Assembly: GCA_028534125.1 (NCBI GenBank)
Contig: CM052817.1
Location: 108,502,001-108,566,000, forward strand
Length of the DNA stretch: 64,000 nt
Origin: Lama glama
Taxonomy: Eukaryota
Reading direction: 5' to 3'
Shown here: positions 37,310 through 50,150 of the stretch, piece by piece
Numbering within the stretch: the first letter of the stretch is position 1
How the letters are laid out: every line of letters begins with the position of its first letter
Made by a program: the position numbers and the translations under genes
The notes under the pieces: generated by a model
Seen by the model: the letters and a program-made list of their open reading frames with translations, nothing else
What the model was told of the DNA's origin: nothing
The model's database searches: none

Positions 37310-37833
37310 ATCCATATCAGGTGCTAAGAGCTGCAGGAACACAGCCTGAATGTTAAGTTTATTGTCTCATGTAACAAGAAATCTCGAGTTCGGGCAGGTT
37401 TAGGCTTTCTTAACTCCAGGGCTCAGAGGCATCACCACCAGGCTCCTTGTCCATTTTTTTTTTCCTATCATCCTCAGTCTGTAGACTTTAGATCTCAGGC
37501 ATAGCCCAGTATCACCTCCTCACACAGCTGTGTCCAGACACAGAAAAAGGAAGCTTCTGCACAGCTATCTCTTTTTTAAGTGCGGCTTTTCCTTCCTTGG
37601 CCCGAACTTGGTCTCAGGACCCTGTCTAGAACAGTCGCTGGCCACAGGGCAAGGAGACCACCACAAACTGTGCGAGTTCATTTACGATTCACCACTGTGC
37701 TGGGGAGGTGGTCACCCTCCCCCAAAGGACCTGACCACTTTGCAAAGGAAGAAAAAAAAAACCCAGATTCTGTTAACAGAGTGTACTGAGTGTAGGATGA
37801 CAGTTGGGGTATTAACGAGAATGTGCCTGCCAA
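37310..37833 (-). mobile_element. Old MaLR LTR (MLT1J/K/L-like)
   Basis: TTTATTGTCTCATGTAACAAGAAATC, CTTGGCCCGAACTTGGTC, AGATTCTGTTAAC and the end TGTGCCTGCCAAA. Confidence 0.65.
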
Positions 37834-38145
37834 ATATTAACTCACAGTATTTCATCTAAGCTGCTGAAAAGTAAAAACTACTTTTTTTTCCAGGAGAGTT
37901 AAAAAAGTGTTTCAATTGGAACAAGTCTTGTGGGAATGATCATTAAGGATGGAGCAGCAGTTAATCTTTTTTTAACTGTGAGCACACTGCTCATTGGAAG
38001 ATAGTTTATAGAACGTTGACATTTTACTGATAGATAAGTAACATCTCTAAAAAATGCCCCCCCAAATATACTTACATCAAAAGATAAGATTTTATTATTA
38101 TAGTATTATCTTTGTCATTTCTCTTCTAGGATCTTGGAAATGGCC

Positions 38146-38702
38146 GTTTTAATTGATGTTTATCTATTTTATATACAGCATTTATAAATCCCAAACTCCC
38201 AATTTATCCCTCCACCTGCCTTCCTTCCCCCCTGGTAACCACAAGTTTATTTTCTATGTCTGTGAGTCTGTTCCGTAAATAAGCTCATTTGTCTCACTTT
38301 TTAGATTCCACATGTAAGTGGTATCCTATGGTATTTTTCTTTGTCTTTCTAGCTTACTTCACTCATCTCTAGGTCTATTCATGCTGCTGCAAATGGCATT
38401 ATTTTATTCTTTTTTATGACTGAATATTGTTCCATTGTATAAATATACCACATCTTCTTTCGCCAGCCACCTGTGGATGGACCTTAGGGTGCTTTCGTGT
38501 CTTGGATATTGTAAATAGTGCTGCCGTGAACATTGGGGTGCATGTATCTTTTCAAATTAGAGTTTCCTAAAATAAACAAATGGAACCTAATTAAACTTAA
38601 GCTTTTGCACAGCAAAGGAAACTATAAGCAAAACAAAAAGACAGCCTGTGGAATAGGAGAAAATATTTGCAAATGTTTCAACTGACAGTGGCCTAATTTC
38701 CA
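38146..38702 (-). mobile_element. LINE-1 with 5' inversion
   Basis: Minus 3' part at 38146-38568 and plus ORF2 part at 38569-38702 (decayed KINKW.LIKL...EKIFAN...ISR region); TSD GAAATGGCC at 38137-38145 and 38703-38711. Confidence 0.9.
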
Positions 38703-39815
38703 GAAATGGCCTTATTTGTGCTGTTTGAGAATCACAAGGAACCCGATTGGCCTTACTGGATTGACTCACAGGCCATGGGGCTAGTCTATAAATAATCAGT
38801 CAGAAGGAAATGTACATTTAGTTAGGAATTCAGTAAGAAACAGACTTTCTTGTGAGCTATCAAAATAGAGAAAAAGGAAAAATGGATATAAAATCCCAGG
38901 AATGGGCCATTGAAGACACTTCAAGCTCTAAAAATTCCAGAATATGTTCCAAACATAAAGACTACCAGTGTGTGTATCTTGGGTGGGAGGGGTGATAAAA
39001 AATAAGTGAAGAAGTCTAATCTGGAAGGAAAAATATCCAAGTACAATGCCTTTTCATAGGTGAATATTCAAAACAAAAAAGAGTTCTTGTTTTAGTTAAG
39101 AGACCTGGCTTCCAGGTTCTCTTGCTCTGATGGAACCTCCCCGGATTCTTCTCCCCAACTGAGACCCTGTCTCACGTCTGCCTCTTCCCAGCCTTATTTC
39201 CTGGTAGCAAATTGGCTGGAGCTCGGCTTTTGCAAAACACAGTTTTAATGATTTCACAAGAATTCTAAGTGCTAATTATCAACCCAGGAGATAAAATGTA
39301 GCGTAAGGGTAAATATTCCTGTAAGTGCGCTGGGATACTAAGAGAATTGCCAAAATTATTTTGTTACTATATTGGGAGCTGAGGGTAAGAACTGCTGGAC
39401 GCCTCAATCTCATTCCACAAAATGCAGCGGGAACCAATTTGGCGGTAGGGAGTGCGCCCCTCAAATTAGCCATGAAAACTTACGTTTTTTATATGACATT
39501 CGTATTTACAGTTAGAAATTTCAAGTCATAAGCCACACACGCTGCTTTGAAAGGCCTCTCAGACAGTCTAACAAGCCTGATTAAGCGCACTTTAATTAAT
39601 TAATTGTTGCTGTCTAGAGAATCCCGAGACGTGCACTTCTGTGCCTCTGATTCTTAAAAGTAATGCCCGTGGTTTGTTTGAGGACGTGTGGGTAATGCAG
39701 GGTTTCACTGGACGCTGTTGAAATGGAAGAGAGGAGACAACAGAGGCACACGTATACCGTCCCTTTGTGGAGCAGAACGGTTGGTAAAATACTTGGAGAC
39801 TAAATGTTTATGTAA

Positions 39816-39893
39816 GCGTGTGTGTGTGCGTGCGAGTGTGTGCGTGCGAGTGTGTGCGTGCGAGTGTGTGCGCGCACAGATGCACACACGTGC
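39816..39893. repeat. GT/GC-rich minisatellite, 14-bp unit GTGTGTGCGTGCGA x3 plus a partial unit
   Basis: Exact units at 39822, 39836 and 39850; variant unit at 39864. Confidence 0.92.
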
Positions 39894-41734
39894 AGGCTGA
39901 GTCCTTTTGCCCCTCCTGTTCTGTTTCTGCTTGGGTTAGGTCACCCATCCTGAAATGTCTAGCAGAAGAAATATTATGATTGTGGTCTCTCCCGAAGCAA
40001 CAGTGCCAGTAACACTGAAAGTGTCTTTCATCCAAAGGTTTATTTATAATGCATCTCCAGGGACTGGACGGGTTCTTTCTGTGAGAGGTCTGCCTAAGCC
40101 AAGCCTGAACTCCCAGAAAGTTGAGAGCTACAGATGGGCCATCATTTTTTTTTTTTTTGTAAGAAAGCATCAGTAAGATTCTGCTTTTGTAGAATGTGTT
40201 AGGTGACTTAGTGTGTCTCACGACAGCCAGGTAGCCATTTCATACAAGTGCTTGTGTAAAGTGACTTCCACATTCGCTGCGGAGAATTTGGGGTCCCTGT
40301 CTGCTAAGCCTTGGCTGGCTTGCATTTGAAATTTGCATCAGGTAAGTGTCTCCTTAACCTCCAACGGCTATGTGAACGTGCTTGTCAAACTCAGCATGAT
40401 TTTTTCAGGGCTGGTAGGTTCTTTCTCTCATTTTTGGAGAGAACTGGAACTTTTAAACTGACTTGAAGTAGATACTATATACAGCTTACACCGCTGTGGC
40501 AGACGTAACCAAGCCATCAGCAATAGTCATTTTCTAAATACAAACACAATTTTCTTTCTGTTGATGACAGGTCTCTGATATTAACAATTATAAGATAAAG
40601 ATATCTGTATGTATTTAAATCAGCCTCAGAAACAAATAACGCCCAATAAAAATGCAGCATGGTGTATGCATGTTTCCCTAAATGTATATGGGAATTTAAA
40701 GAATTATCACTGTCCTTGCTTTCCTGACTTATTTCTGTTACAAGGAAAAGGGGAAAACTCAGGATGGAGAGTCCTTCAAATTTCATAGATGTTAAATATA
40801 TGTTATTTCAGCTGATTTTATCTCATTAATATAAAGCAAGTAAATGTGGCATCGTGGAATCTAAATGTATTTGAATGTAGAACCAAGTTGCTGGGTTTGC
40901 CTTCCCACGGGTTTCCTCCTGATCTTGCTTAACTTCCTTCTTGGAGGCAGATCTCCAGATAGGACATGACCTTAAAGAGGAGAACGGTCCATAGGGACCT
41001 ACAAAGGAATCTATGCCTTTACTTCTGCTAAAAGTCAGGGTGGGTCAATTCTAAGTGACCTGGAAGAGGTGGAGATCCTTCACCTCCCCTCCAGGTCGGT
41101 GTGTGAGTGGTGTTGCAGAGAGACCCAGGAGACCTTGTGCTTGGATTTAGGTAGATAGTCTTAGTAAAAGCGGAAGTCCGAAGGGCTCCGTCAGATCAGA
41201 TGATGTTGTTAATTAATTTTTCAGTGCATAGAAACAACAGTTTAGAAAATAATCCTTTAGATAAGCAGCTACTTGGGTTTTCTTTAAGATACTGAGAGGG
41301 AGAGAAAGAAGTCCCAGGTCATCCAAGACTTCCACACCCTTATCGAAAAGAAAGTTAAGAAGCCACATGAAGACTTCTGTAACCCAGTGGCGGATCCTGA
41401 AGACGCTGGAATAGCAAAGAGCTTAGCATAGACTACTTTGAGAAGGTTTTGAAAAAAATATGTTAAAGGAGGCCAAAGAGAAAGTCAGACCTCCCCTAAT
41501 TCACATCTGTCTCCAGAAAAATCTACTCTTCCAGGCTTAGTGGGTGGTAACTGCAGGCAGCAGGGAGAGATTCAGGACCAGGGGTAGACCAGGAATACGA
41601 AATTAACATCTTACCATGTCCATGGTGCCTTTCTTTCACTCACATCAGCCAACACTCACCTCAAAGGCATCACATGAGTTGGATACCCACTGGTGGGTGG
41701 GTTAAAAGGTTGTTAAAAAAAAAAAGGTTGATGT

Positions 41735-41916
41735 GGGGGAGGTGTTGCTCAGTAGTAGATTGCATGCCTAGCATGCACAAGGTCCTGGGTTCAATCCCCA
41801 GGACCTCCATTACAAATAAATAGATAAATACGTAAATAAACAAACAAACCTAATTGCCTTCCCCCCAAACAAAAAAAAAGTTTAAAAAAACCTAAAAAAC
41901 AAGCAACAATAAACAG
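41735..41916 (+). mobile_element. Vic-1-like tRNA-Ala-derived SINE
   Basis: GGGGGAGGTGTTGCTCAGTAGTAGA...TAGCATGCACAAGGTCCTGGGTTCAATCCCCAGGACCTCCA, AAAT-rich linker, AACCTAATTGCC and A tail; degenerate TSD AAAAAAGGTTGAT / AAAAAAGGCTGCT. Confidence 0.92.
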
Positions 41917-42154
41917 TTGTAAAGAAAAAAGGCTGCTATAATCCAGTGACAGTAACGCCTAATAGTGAATGATCGCTGGAATCATCCTAGCTAATTTGTC
42001 TTCTTCGGCACATGGTACCCGGGCAGTGTAACCGATCAAGGCAACTGTATTTGAACGTGCGCATTTTTAAAGCATTTCACAAGCGGAGTTGACCTAGCCC
42101 CTGCCCTGAAAGGCTGCTTGTGAGCATGTAAAGAGAATGTGATGCAGCAGCCAG

Positions 42155-42342
42155 GATGAGCTGTAGACCAAGAGTCCGAGATCACCAGGCTGCATTTTCA
42201 ATTTCAGCGTCTGAAAACCCAGGTTCCTTTCATCCAGCAACTTTGTGTCATATCATGGTGCTCAGTCAAATAGTCCTTGTCTGTAAATTAGGAGTTGGAG
42301 CTGATGATCTCTGAGGTCTTCTCCGACTGTACAATATTCTGA
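42155..42342 (+). mobile_element. MIR3-like SINE
   Basis: TGTCTGTAAATTAGGAGTTGGAGCTGATGATCTCTGAGGTCTTCTCC...ATTCTGA is a MIR3-type 3' end. Confidence 0.55.
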
Positions 42343-43924
42343 AATAATAGAAAAAATACGACAGTATACGAAAGAATGCAGTGTGGTTTGATCTAGACAA
42401 AGACACATTCAGAAAAGTGTGTAGACGTGACATTGGGGATAGACCAGTGAGGCCGTCAAGCCAGAGTCACTGAATGGCGTTTCCTCGCTTATACGGTGGG
42501 ACTGAAAGGTGCAGGTATCGTAACGATACAGTTCATTTAAACTTGTGCTTAAAATGGCTGTAGGGAAACCTGTTTCAGAATCTGCTGCTGACTGCTTTTA
42601 GTGAAAAGAGCTCCACTGAATGACGTTTAAGCTTTTTAAGAAGAGAGAAGAGTCATTGTTATCCACATGCGACTTTCTAGAATCATAAGCGTCAGGTGCC
42701 GCTTCTGTGTGCCCTGTGTGTTTATGTATGTAACATGGTCATTTTTACTATCTTATAGTATTTTTTTGGAGTCTTTCTTAGGTTGTCTTATATTTAGGGC
42801 CTTCAATGCGCATTTAAGGATAACTGCCTTAATATTTCTTCACCTTCAGCAGATTATATGATTAATTGTATTTCTGTACATACAATCATGACTTCTTAGA
42901 AACAGTGGGGACAGTTCTCTTAAGATTTTTGAGTCTTGATGCAATTTGTATTCCCTAAAATATTTTCTTCAGAAAATGCCTTGGTTACCATTTTACAAAA
43001 GGAGTAAAAGACAGATTTATGAATGCTAAGATTTTTCTGACTAAAGACTCAACTTTCAAAGTTAATACAGATTTTTCAGTTGCGAAATAATGAAACAGCC
43101 GGGTATGTACGTGGGAGACTTACTATTTGAGATAAAACAAATGTGGCTTAGAATTCTAAATCTGCCTGGAAATCTATGGTCAGAAAAGTAACTGATGCAT
43201 TTTCACTTATAGGAGTGAAAGGCTCTTTTTCACTGGAGGCTTTGAAAGAACTGTATTTCAGGAGAGAGAAAATAGCATGTTATTGTTTAAAATCAAAACA
43301 ACGAAAATCTACATGTTCTATTCAGTAGCTAGAAAATGTCTGTAAGTCATGCTTTAGAATACTGGAATTTGGACTAAATGCCCCTTGTTAGTAGAAAGGC
43401 TTAAAGGCGTCAGCAGTTTTATCCTTTATTATTAATGTACTATGTTTGCTAGTGACACCCAGTTGTTTGGTTTTCTTGTGCCTTGGAGATTTGGCTTTTT
43501 TTTTTTTTTAATATATGTCACTCTGAGGCTTTTTACTAAGGGGGAGGTCTTTAAGAAAGTAAGCAACTTACAAGAGGCAGCGAGGAATTGAAATCTAAAT
43601 CAACCTGCCTCCTCCGGCTTTGCTCCACGGGACTGGATGGTGGACCCTCAGATCTTGGCAGATTTTTGTTATCCAGAAATGTGCAAGCAAATCTTTCAAA
43701 ATACCTTGTGACAATAACAGAAATGAGTTAGTTATTCTCATCAACTTGCAGGGACAAACCTTTCCTTAATTGTGATGTCCACGGACAGAATGGTTTAAGG
43801 GTCACCTTTTGTTGTGTTGTTCAAACTAAACTTCTAAGACTTATCAAGGCTTTTCAGTGTAGACCAAGCAGGAAGGAAACCTCCAGAGGAAAGAGGAACG
43901 GGGGAAAGAGTGGACTTCTTTTGG

Positions 43925-44085
43925 AGCAGATACTATGCATGAACCACTCCATAAGGCAACTGTGACAACATCTACACTTACAGAAGAGCTATTCGGGGCA
44001 CAGAGATGTCACGGAAATCCGTCATGGTCACACAGCTAGCCAAGGTTTGGGAAGGTTCAAAGTCAGACGCATTCCAGTTGCTTAG
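43925..44085 (-). mobile_element. MIR SINE
   Basis: CACTTACAGAAGAG...GGGGCACAGAGATG...ATGGTCACACAGCTAG. Confidence 0.6.
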
Positions 44086-45399
44086 GACCTTTAAGATGCC
44101 GAGTAGTAAATACTAGTCTTTGGAAATGCCAGGATAAATCAGACATGGAAATGCTTTGGAGGACTTCCTTCCGGAAGTGAGTCATTATTCTCTGATTCTA
44201 AAGTTCTAGCCCTGTTCGTTTATTATAGGATAGTGCTAGAGGTGGAGCTTACAGGCTGTGTAAAGATTCTCTCCCAGTTAGAGGAAAAGGTTTTGAACAC
44301 TAGACCAGTGATGCTGTACTAATGTTGTCTGCACTGCGAAACCATGAATGTTTTTGAGCAACAGAATGATACTATCTATACCGATCTGTTCATTGTAATG
44401 TTGAAATCGTTTTTGTGGTGACTTTTATCCCTAGTCAAATTCATGCTGCTGTATTTCGGTGGCATCCTACTTTCTCAACCATTTCACGATGATTGGATCA
44501 GACGGGGCTTGCCTGCCCCTTGCTCACACCTTCCCCAACAAACTAAAGACTTCCTTGCTCTCCTTTCCCAGATCGAAATCACAGATAACTCTCTATCCCA
44601 GCCATTGGCTACTTCCGCAAATATTTGAGTGCCTTGTGTGTACAAAGCCCACGGGTGAGTCCTGCAGTGTGCTGGTTGAAAGAGAAACCTCGTTCCTTAC
44701 CTAAGGAGCTTACCATCTGGTTGGGTAGGTGAGCAGCAGAGACCTGATTAGCCTTGTTGCATTTACTGTGTGTGCTGTGAAAGACAGTCCGGGGCAGTCT
44801 CCTCTGAGCAGGGTCCTGTCCTAGCCTGGACAATGATGGGCAGTCTCCATGAGCCGAGGATGGCCACTGAGAAGAAAATTTGGGATGTGGGTTAAGGGGG
44901 TGGGGTGGGGACCCCAAAGAGATGACCTTGGAGGAGGAAACAGTGCTTCTGAATTTCTTGGCACTCCAGTGTTTGTAACAGGCATTTAGTATTCATTACA
45001 TACAAATATGAAGTTGGCTGTTACACCTTGCCTTACTTCCTGATTGTACAATCGTAGAATTTTGGAATTTCTGTTTTTACCTCTAGTCTCTCGAACAAGG
45101 CTTTACATATAGTATTTTCTCAGCGGGATACTTGATTACAGTATATGAATAGTTTTTGCAGGGTTTGGAATGGAATCAAGAAGAAAGAAGAGATTTTTAT
45201 AAAAATAGCCTACACCATGTATCACTAATCCTATTATAATTTTGTAAGTTACCTAGAATTATTAAGTTATGGCCCTTTGAATGTGCCTCTTAAAAACTGT
45301 CATAATTTTTAGATTAAAAGAGAGCAATGTTAAAAACGAAACTATCTTTATATTCAATAACTAACTATAATGAAAAGTATGTTAAAATATACATTTATT

Positions 45400-45477
45400 T
45401 TTGTAAACTGACTCACTGTGCTGTACACCAGAAACTAACACAAAACTATAAATCAACTATACTTCAATTTAAAAAAA
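45400..45477 (+). mobile_element. Very short LINE-1 3' tail with TSD
   Basis: TGCTGTACACCAGAAACTAACAC...ACTATACTTCAATTTAAAAAAA; ACATTTATT at 45391-45399 and 45478-45486. Confidence 0.85.
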
Positions 45478-45896
45478 ACATTTATTAGGAGGATGTGTAG
45501 AAGCTATTCATTGTTAAGTGATATTGAAACGGTTAATTTGAGATATTTAAATAAATGCACCCCTCTTTTTAGATTAGGTATTGTTTTTGACTGCTGAAAG
45601 GCATAACACAGCTCTATCTGATCTGTTAATGGAAGATGCATTTCTTGCACAGAGGACAGCATGTTGTGCTTAGCCTTTGTGCTGCCATGTTTTACTTTGA
45701 TGGTGTTTCAGCAAATGAAAGTAGGCTGTTAATGGTGAGAAAGCCATCCACATTTCTTAATTCTAATAAAGATCCTCTTATCCTAACAAATAACAAGAAA
45801 AATAATGTATAGTTTTAATGTTTTAAGCATATTCCTAAGTTCTCACCAGAAATTCTATTTTATGAAGAAGGAACTGATGTTATAACCTCATATTTA

Positions 45897-46025
45897 TCTT
45901 TTATTTATTTATTCTTCTTAGGGGGAAGGTAATTGGATTTATGCATTTATTTTTCAGAGGAGGTACTGGGGATTGAACCCAGGACCTCATGCATGCTAAG
46001 CACACACTCTACCACTGAGATCCCC
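45897..46025 (-). mobile_element. Vic-1-like SINE with degenerate 17-bp TSD
   Basis: GGAGGTACTGGGGATTGAACCCAGGACCTCATGCATGCTAAGCACACACTCTACCACTGAG; flanks TTATAACCTCATATTTA / TTGTAAACTCACATTTA. Confidence 0.92.
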
Positions 46026-49000
46026 TTGTAAACTCACATTTAAAGAAGAGTTAAGCAATGCAATCAGGAAAAATCAGAGTAACCATGACCCTTAGCGATG
46101 TGGACAGTGACTCACGTTTATATAGGCCTCCTCCCTCTTTCTCCTTGTGGTGCCGTCCATAAACCCTGCCTCCAGGGTCCTCTGTGATTCAGTTTCCTTA
46201 GCTATTAACTAGGAGATTAAGTAGTACTTATTTCAAAGATATATATTAGGAAGTATAAACACAATAAGTGATCTGAAGTTTACTCAAGGATTCTCCCTGT
46301 ATTTTTATATGTTAAAATATTGTGGGGAAATGATTAGGAATAGAGCTGCTTTCAGTAAGTTTGTGAAGGACAGTGGGGAAACTTTTTATCTGTTTACTCA
46401 CATTGTTATTTTGTTTGGTTTGGTTTTTTTTTCTTCTTCCACACAACCAAGTATTTGAATTTGATTCTGTTTCTGTCCCAAGTTTCCATTTTCTTTCCCA
46501 TAAGCGTGTATCATCCTTAGGCTGAGTCTGTGTTATTTGTGTTCCGTAGCTCACATCTCCCACAGCTCAGGGGTCTTGGTTCCCCAGCAATTCACTGATG
46601 TTGTAGAACAATCTTAGAATTCTTTCTTCACGTTTCTGTGCTCGGTCATCTTTGATCTGATTTGTTGGGATAATAGTACCCTTTGTCTGTGCTGCAGTCA
46701 TTTTTTTCATAGTATCCGTATATTTATTTTACCACTTACCTTGATTGACTGAAGAGACATCTGGTGGGCGCTGGGTTTTACTGGCAGGGAGGTGTAGGGA
46801 CTTTTTCAAGGATCAGCATCTGCTTGGATGAGGGTCACAGTCCCCCTTCAACCAAGTAGAGGGAAGCTTGATGAGCTTTTAGATCCAGCCAGTTCCCAGT
46901 GAGCCAGGCTGTCCTTAATCTTCATGGCCTCCGATTCTGTTATTCTGATCCAAAGGAAGACAGCACAGACACCCGTACATCCCTCCACGGGCACTTGGCA
47001 CCTGTGTTTCTGGGTGTACTCTGCTTGTGACGGGTTAACATTTAACATGTCCGTTTTCACACATGTTAAATGCCATCTCTCTTAACTTTCTCACACTCAC
47101 CCATTATGTTTGCTTTGCGTTCTGATGGCTGCAGTGTCTATGTGACCCATCACATAAAAGGCGCTGCATACACCTAAAGTGACCCAGGTCATTTCAACAG
47201 TAAGTTATCAAATAGAGGAGTGTTCATCTTGTCTGACACGTATTCAGTGTTTTTGACCAAGAGGCAGCGGGAGGGAAGATTCATTTTTTTCAGGTGGGTT
47301 GGCTTTTTGGACTTCTTGAGCTAAATCATATGTAAGCTACTGATTTGTTTTTTTATTTCAGCTGCACTGACGTTCTTATACGTGGAGATTCTCCCCGATT
47401 GCATGGGATCTGTTTCGCTCATCATAATTTGTAATTATACTTAAGTCTTTATGGTTCCTCCGGGTCTGTCTTAGAAACCACTTTAAACGCAAGATGGTCT
47501 TTTGTTTGAGTCTTCAAACTGGATATTTAATCAGTGTTTTAAGGATTGAAATAAATATGGATATACAGCCTGTGGCCTGGAATATTTTACTTCTTAAATT
47601 CTTTGAAAGTGGCCATCTTTACAGTCGATTAATTTTTCTTTCCATGTTTATTAGAGGTCAGACAATTTATTAACTGTATAATACACAGCTGTGCATTTTC
47701 ACAGTTATACAGTTGTACAATTATACAACAACATAGTGTGGTTTTTGAACATCTTGTAATTTAATGTCTCACATTAGAGCTGATGTCCAAAGTGCTGATG
47801 AGCTGTTGGCTTTGATTGGAACGCAGAAGGTACTTCGTGTCTGGAATCTGGCCATGCCACACTCCTTCAGTCTTCTAAATCGCCTGAGAACTGCTCTTGC
47901 GAGTGAGGATATGTGCACGTGTGACAGGAGATGCCAAATCTGTTACCTAGCTGTCATTCATGGGTGAACCTGGCTTGCAGGGATCTGACCAGATTGACTT
48001 GTGGTAGTTTCAGACAGTTTAGTAAGAAAGGTCTTTCCAGCACCGAGAGTTTCATAGTCATTGAATTATTTTGCATATGTAATTATGATGTCTTTTGCTC
48101 AAAGCTGATACATTATTTTTAAAATCTAGTGACAAGACCTATGTACTATATGTGTTCCACAAATGTTTATTAAGATCGTGATAAGCCCAACGAATGCGCG
48201 AGGCCCTTGATATAAAACAATGAGCACATCAGCCTCGGTCTCATCGTCAAGACCTTGACTCCTTTCCTCCAGACTCAACTTGGCATTACATGCTTTCACA
48301 CTTTTTAGCAAAATTATGCCCACCTGCTATTCACTAAATTAGTCACTAAATATTTTTTCCTTAAAATTGAACAACTTTTCTCTTAAAGGAATAGATTTTT
48401 AAAACAGAAGCAACAAGAAATGTCCGTGAAAACAAAGTATCATTTGCAGATGTTTAATATCTATTAGAGTGAATTATCAACTGTTAAAATAGCATGGCAT
48501 TTTTCTGTGCTAACCAAAATCATATGAACAACTCCTAGCGGTACAATTCCCATGCTTTCAGCCACCAGGGTTCTGACCTGGACCGCAGGAAGGAGCGGTT
48601 GTCATTGTCACCGTGACGTTGGATGTGGGGGATGAGAGCTGTGGTCCAGTGGGTTTTCCTCAGCCAATCAGCGAGCTGCTAATACTGATGGGTGGAAGGC
48701 AGTTGGAAAAACCTAGTGTTCGAAAGGGTCAGTTGTAATAAATAGTAAGTGTTTTGTGTCTTATGTGAAGCTCATTATGGGTTTAACGCTATGTATACAT
48801 TCTTGGTCAGTGTAAGAGTTTTTTAACAAAAGACTAACCAACAGTCCGAATGAATTTTGTAATTCATAGAAATCCCAAAATGCATATGTACCTCAGTGCT
48901 TACTGTGTACAGAGTCATTCTTCTCAAAGATGGAACCATTTGAAATTCTATATTCAGTAGAATTAACGGGGAGGGTTGAAAAGGAAAACACAATCAGGTG

Positions 49001-49945
49001 TATTTTGTGGCCATAAGTAATGTCCATCTAGTTAAGGAGATAAAACTTAAACATACCCTTCAGTTAAAGAGTAGTGAAGGCCTGTGAGCATCCATTGCAG
49101 GTTGTGGGAGTCAGACAGGTGGGCCCCAGGCGTTCGGATGGGATGAGGTCACGGTGGGCTGTGTGCGCGTCCCACCCTGGCCGGCCCTTTGGAGCTTTGG
49201 GTCAACAGGGTCCTCCAGTTGGAGTGCACCAAAGCGGCACCACCAGCGGTGTCTGCTAATGTGTGTGCTGAGAAAAACAAATCCTCACCAGCTTTTGGCG
49301 TTTGAAGACCTAGCCTCGTGTGCATTTCCTTCAGGCCATAGCCTGCTGGCTTTGGTTTCCCAGAAATCCACACTTCTGGTCCATTGTTCTGCACTTGGAT
49401 TTAGTGATGTGTGTGCCTGTGCCTGTGTGTGTACAAGTAAACTTCATCACATCATATTTAGGGAACGCACGGTAAATGGCAGCAGCTGTGACTGCTGTGG
49501 TAAAGTGGCCCCGGTGTGGCTGGAGTGGGCAAGCTGTTATTCTTAACCTGCAGCGGGAAATTAGAGGTTTAGCGATCTTATATTGTGTGTGGGTTTTCTT
49601 AAGAGGTTTATTTTTATAACCTTAAGTTAGGGTTTTTATTATTCATTCTTTAATTAGTTTTATTCCTTTAAAATGTGCCATTCAATGATTGAGAACCAAA
49701 AAAAGTGCAGATTTATGAGGAAAACTGTTTGAGAGCTAGTCTTTAGAGTCCTGTAACAGGCAGGCGCACAGGGCTAAAATTCCGAAATCGACATGTCCTT
49801 GGCTCCACCTTTATATTTCTGTGTACAACACATGATCAAGATTCCAATGTTTATTTACAGTAATACTGACGTGTTACAGACTAGCCTGTAGCTTTAAAAA
49901 GAAGTTTTTATTTAAGCTTGTGCATAAAGTAGTTAAGCGCTATAT

Positions 49946-50150
49946 ACATACATATATATATATTTATTGAAGTGTAGTTGATTTGTAATGTGTTTCTGGC
50001 GTTCAGCATAGTGATTCAGTCATACATATATATGCATATTCTTTTTCATATTTTCCATCATAGGTTGTTACAAGATACTGAATATACAGTTCCCTGTGCT
50101 GTACAGTAGGTCCTTGTTGTTTATCTATTTTATATACAGTAGTGTGTATC
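49946..50150 (-). mobile_element. 5'-truncated LINE-1 3' end with TSD
   Basis: TTTATTGAAGTGTAGTTGATT...TTCCCTGTGCTGTACAGTAGGTCCTTG; flanks TTAAGCGCTATAT / TTAAGCAGTATAT. Confidence 0.9.

Noticed and set aside
39816..39893. CRISPR-like repeat array
   Set aside because: Units are directly tandem with no spacers, the context is eukaryotic and there are no cas genes
41735..41807. Functional tRNA-Ala gene
   Set aside because: The head is mutated, followed by a SINE tail and A-tract, and present in multiple dispersed copies with TSDs
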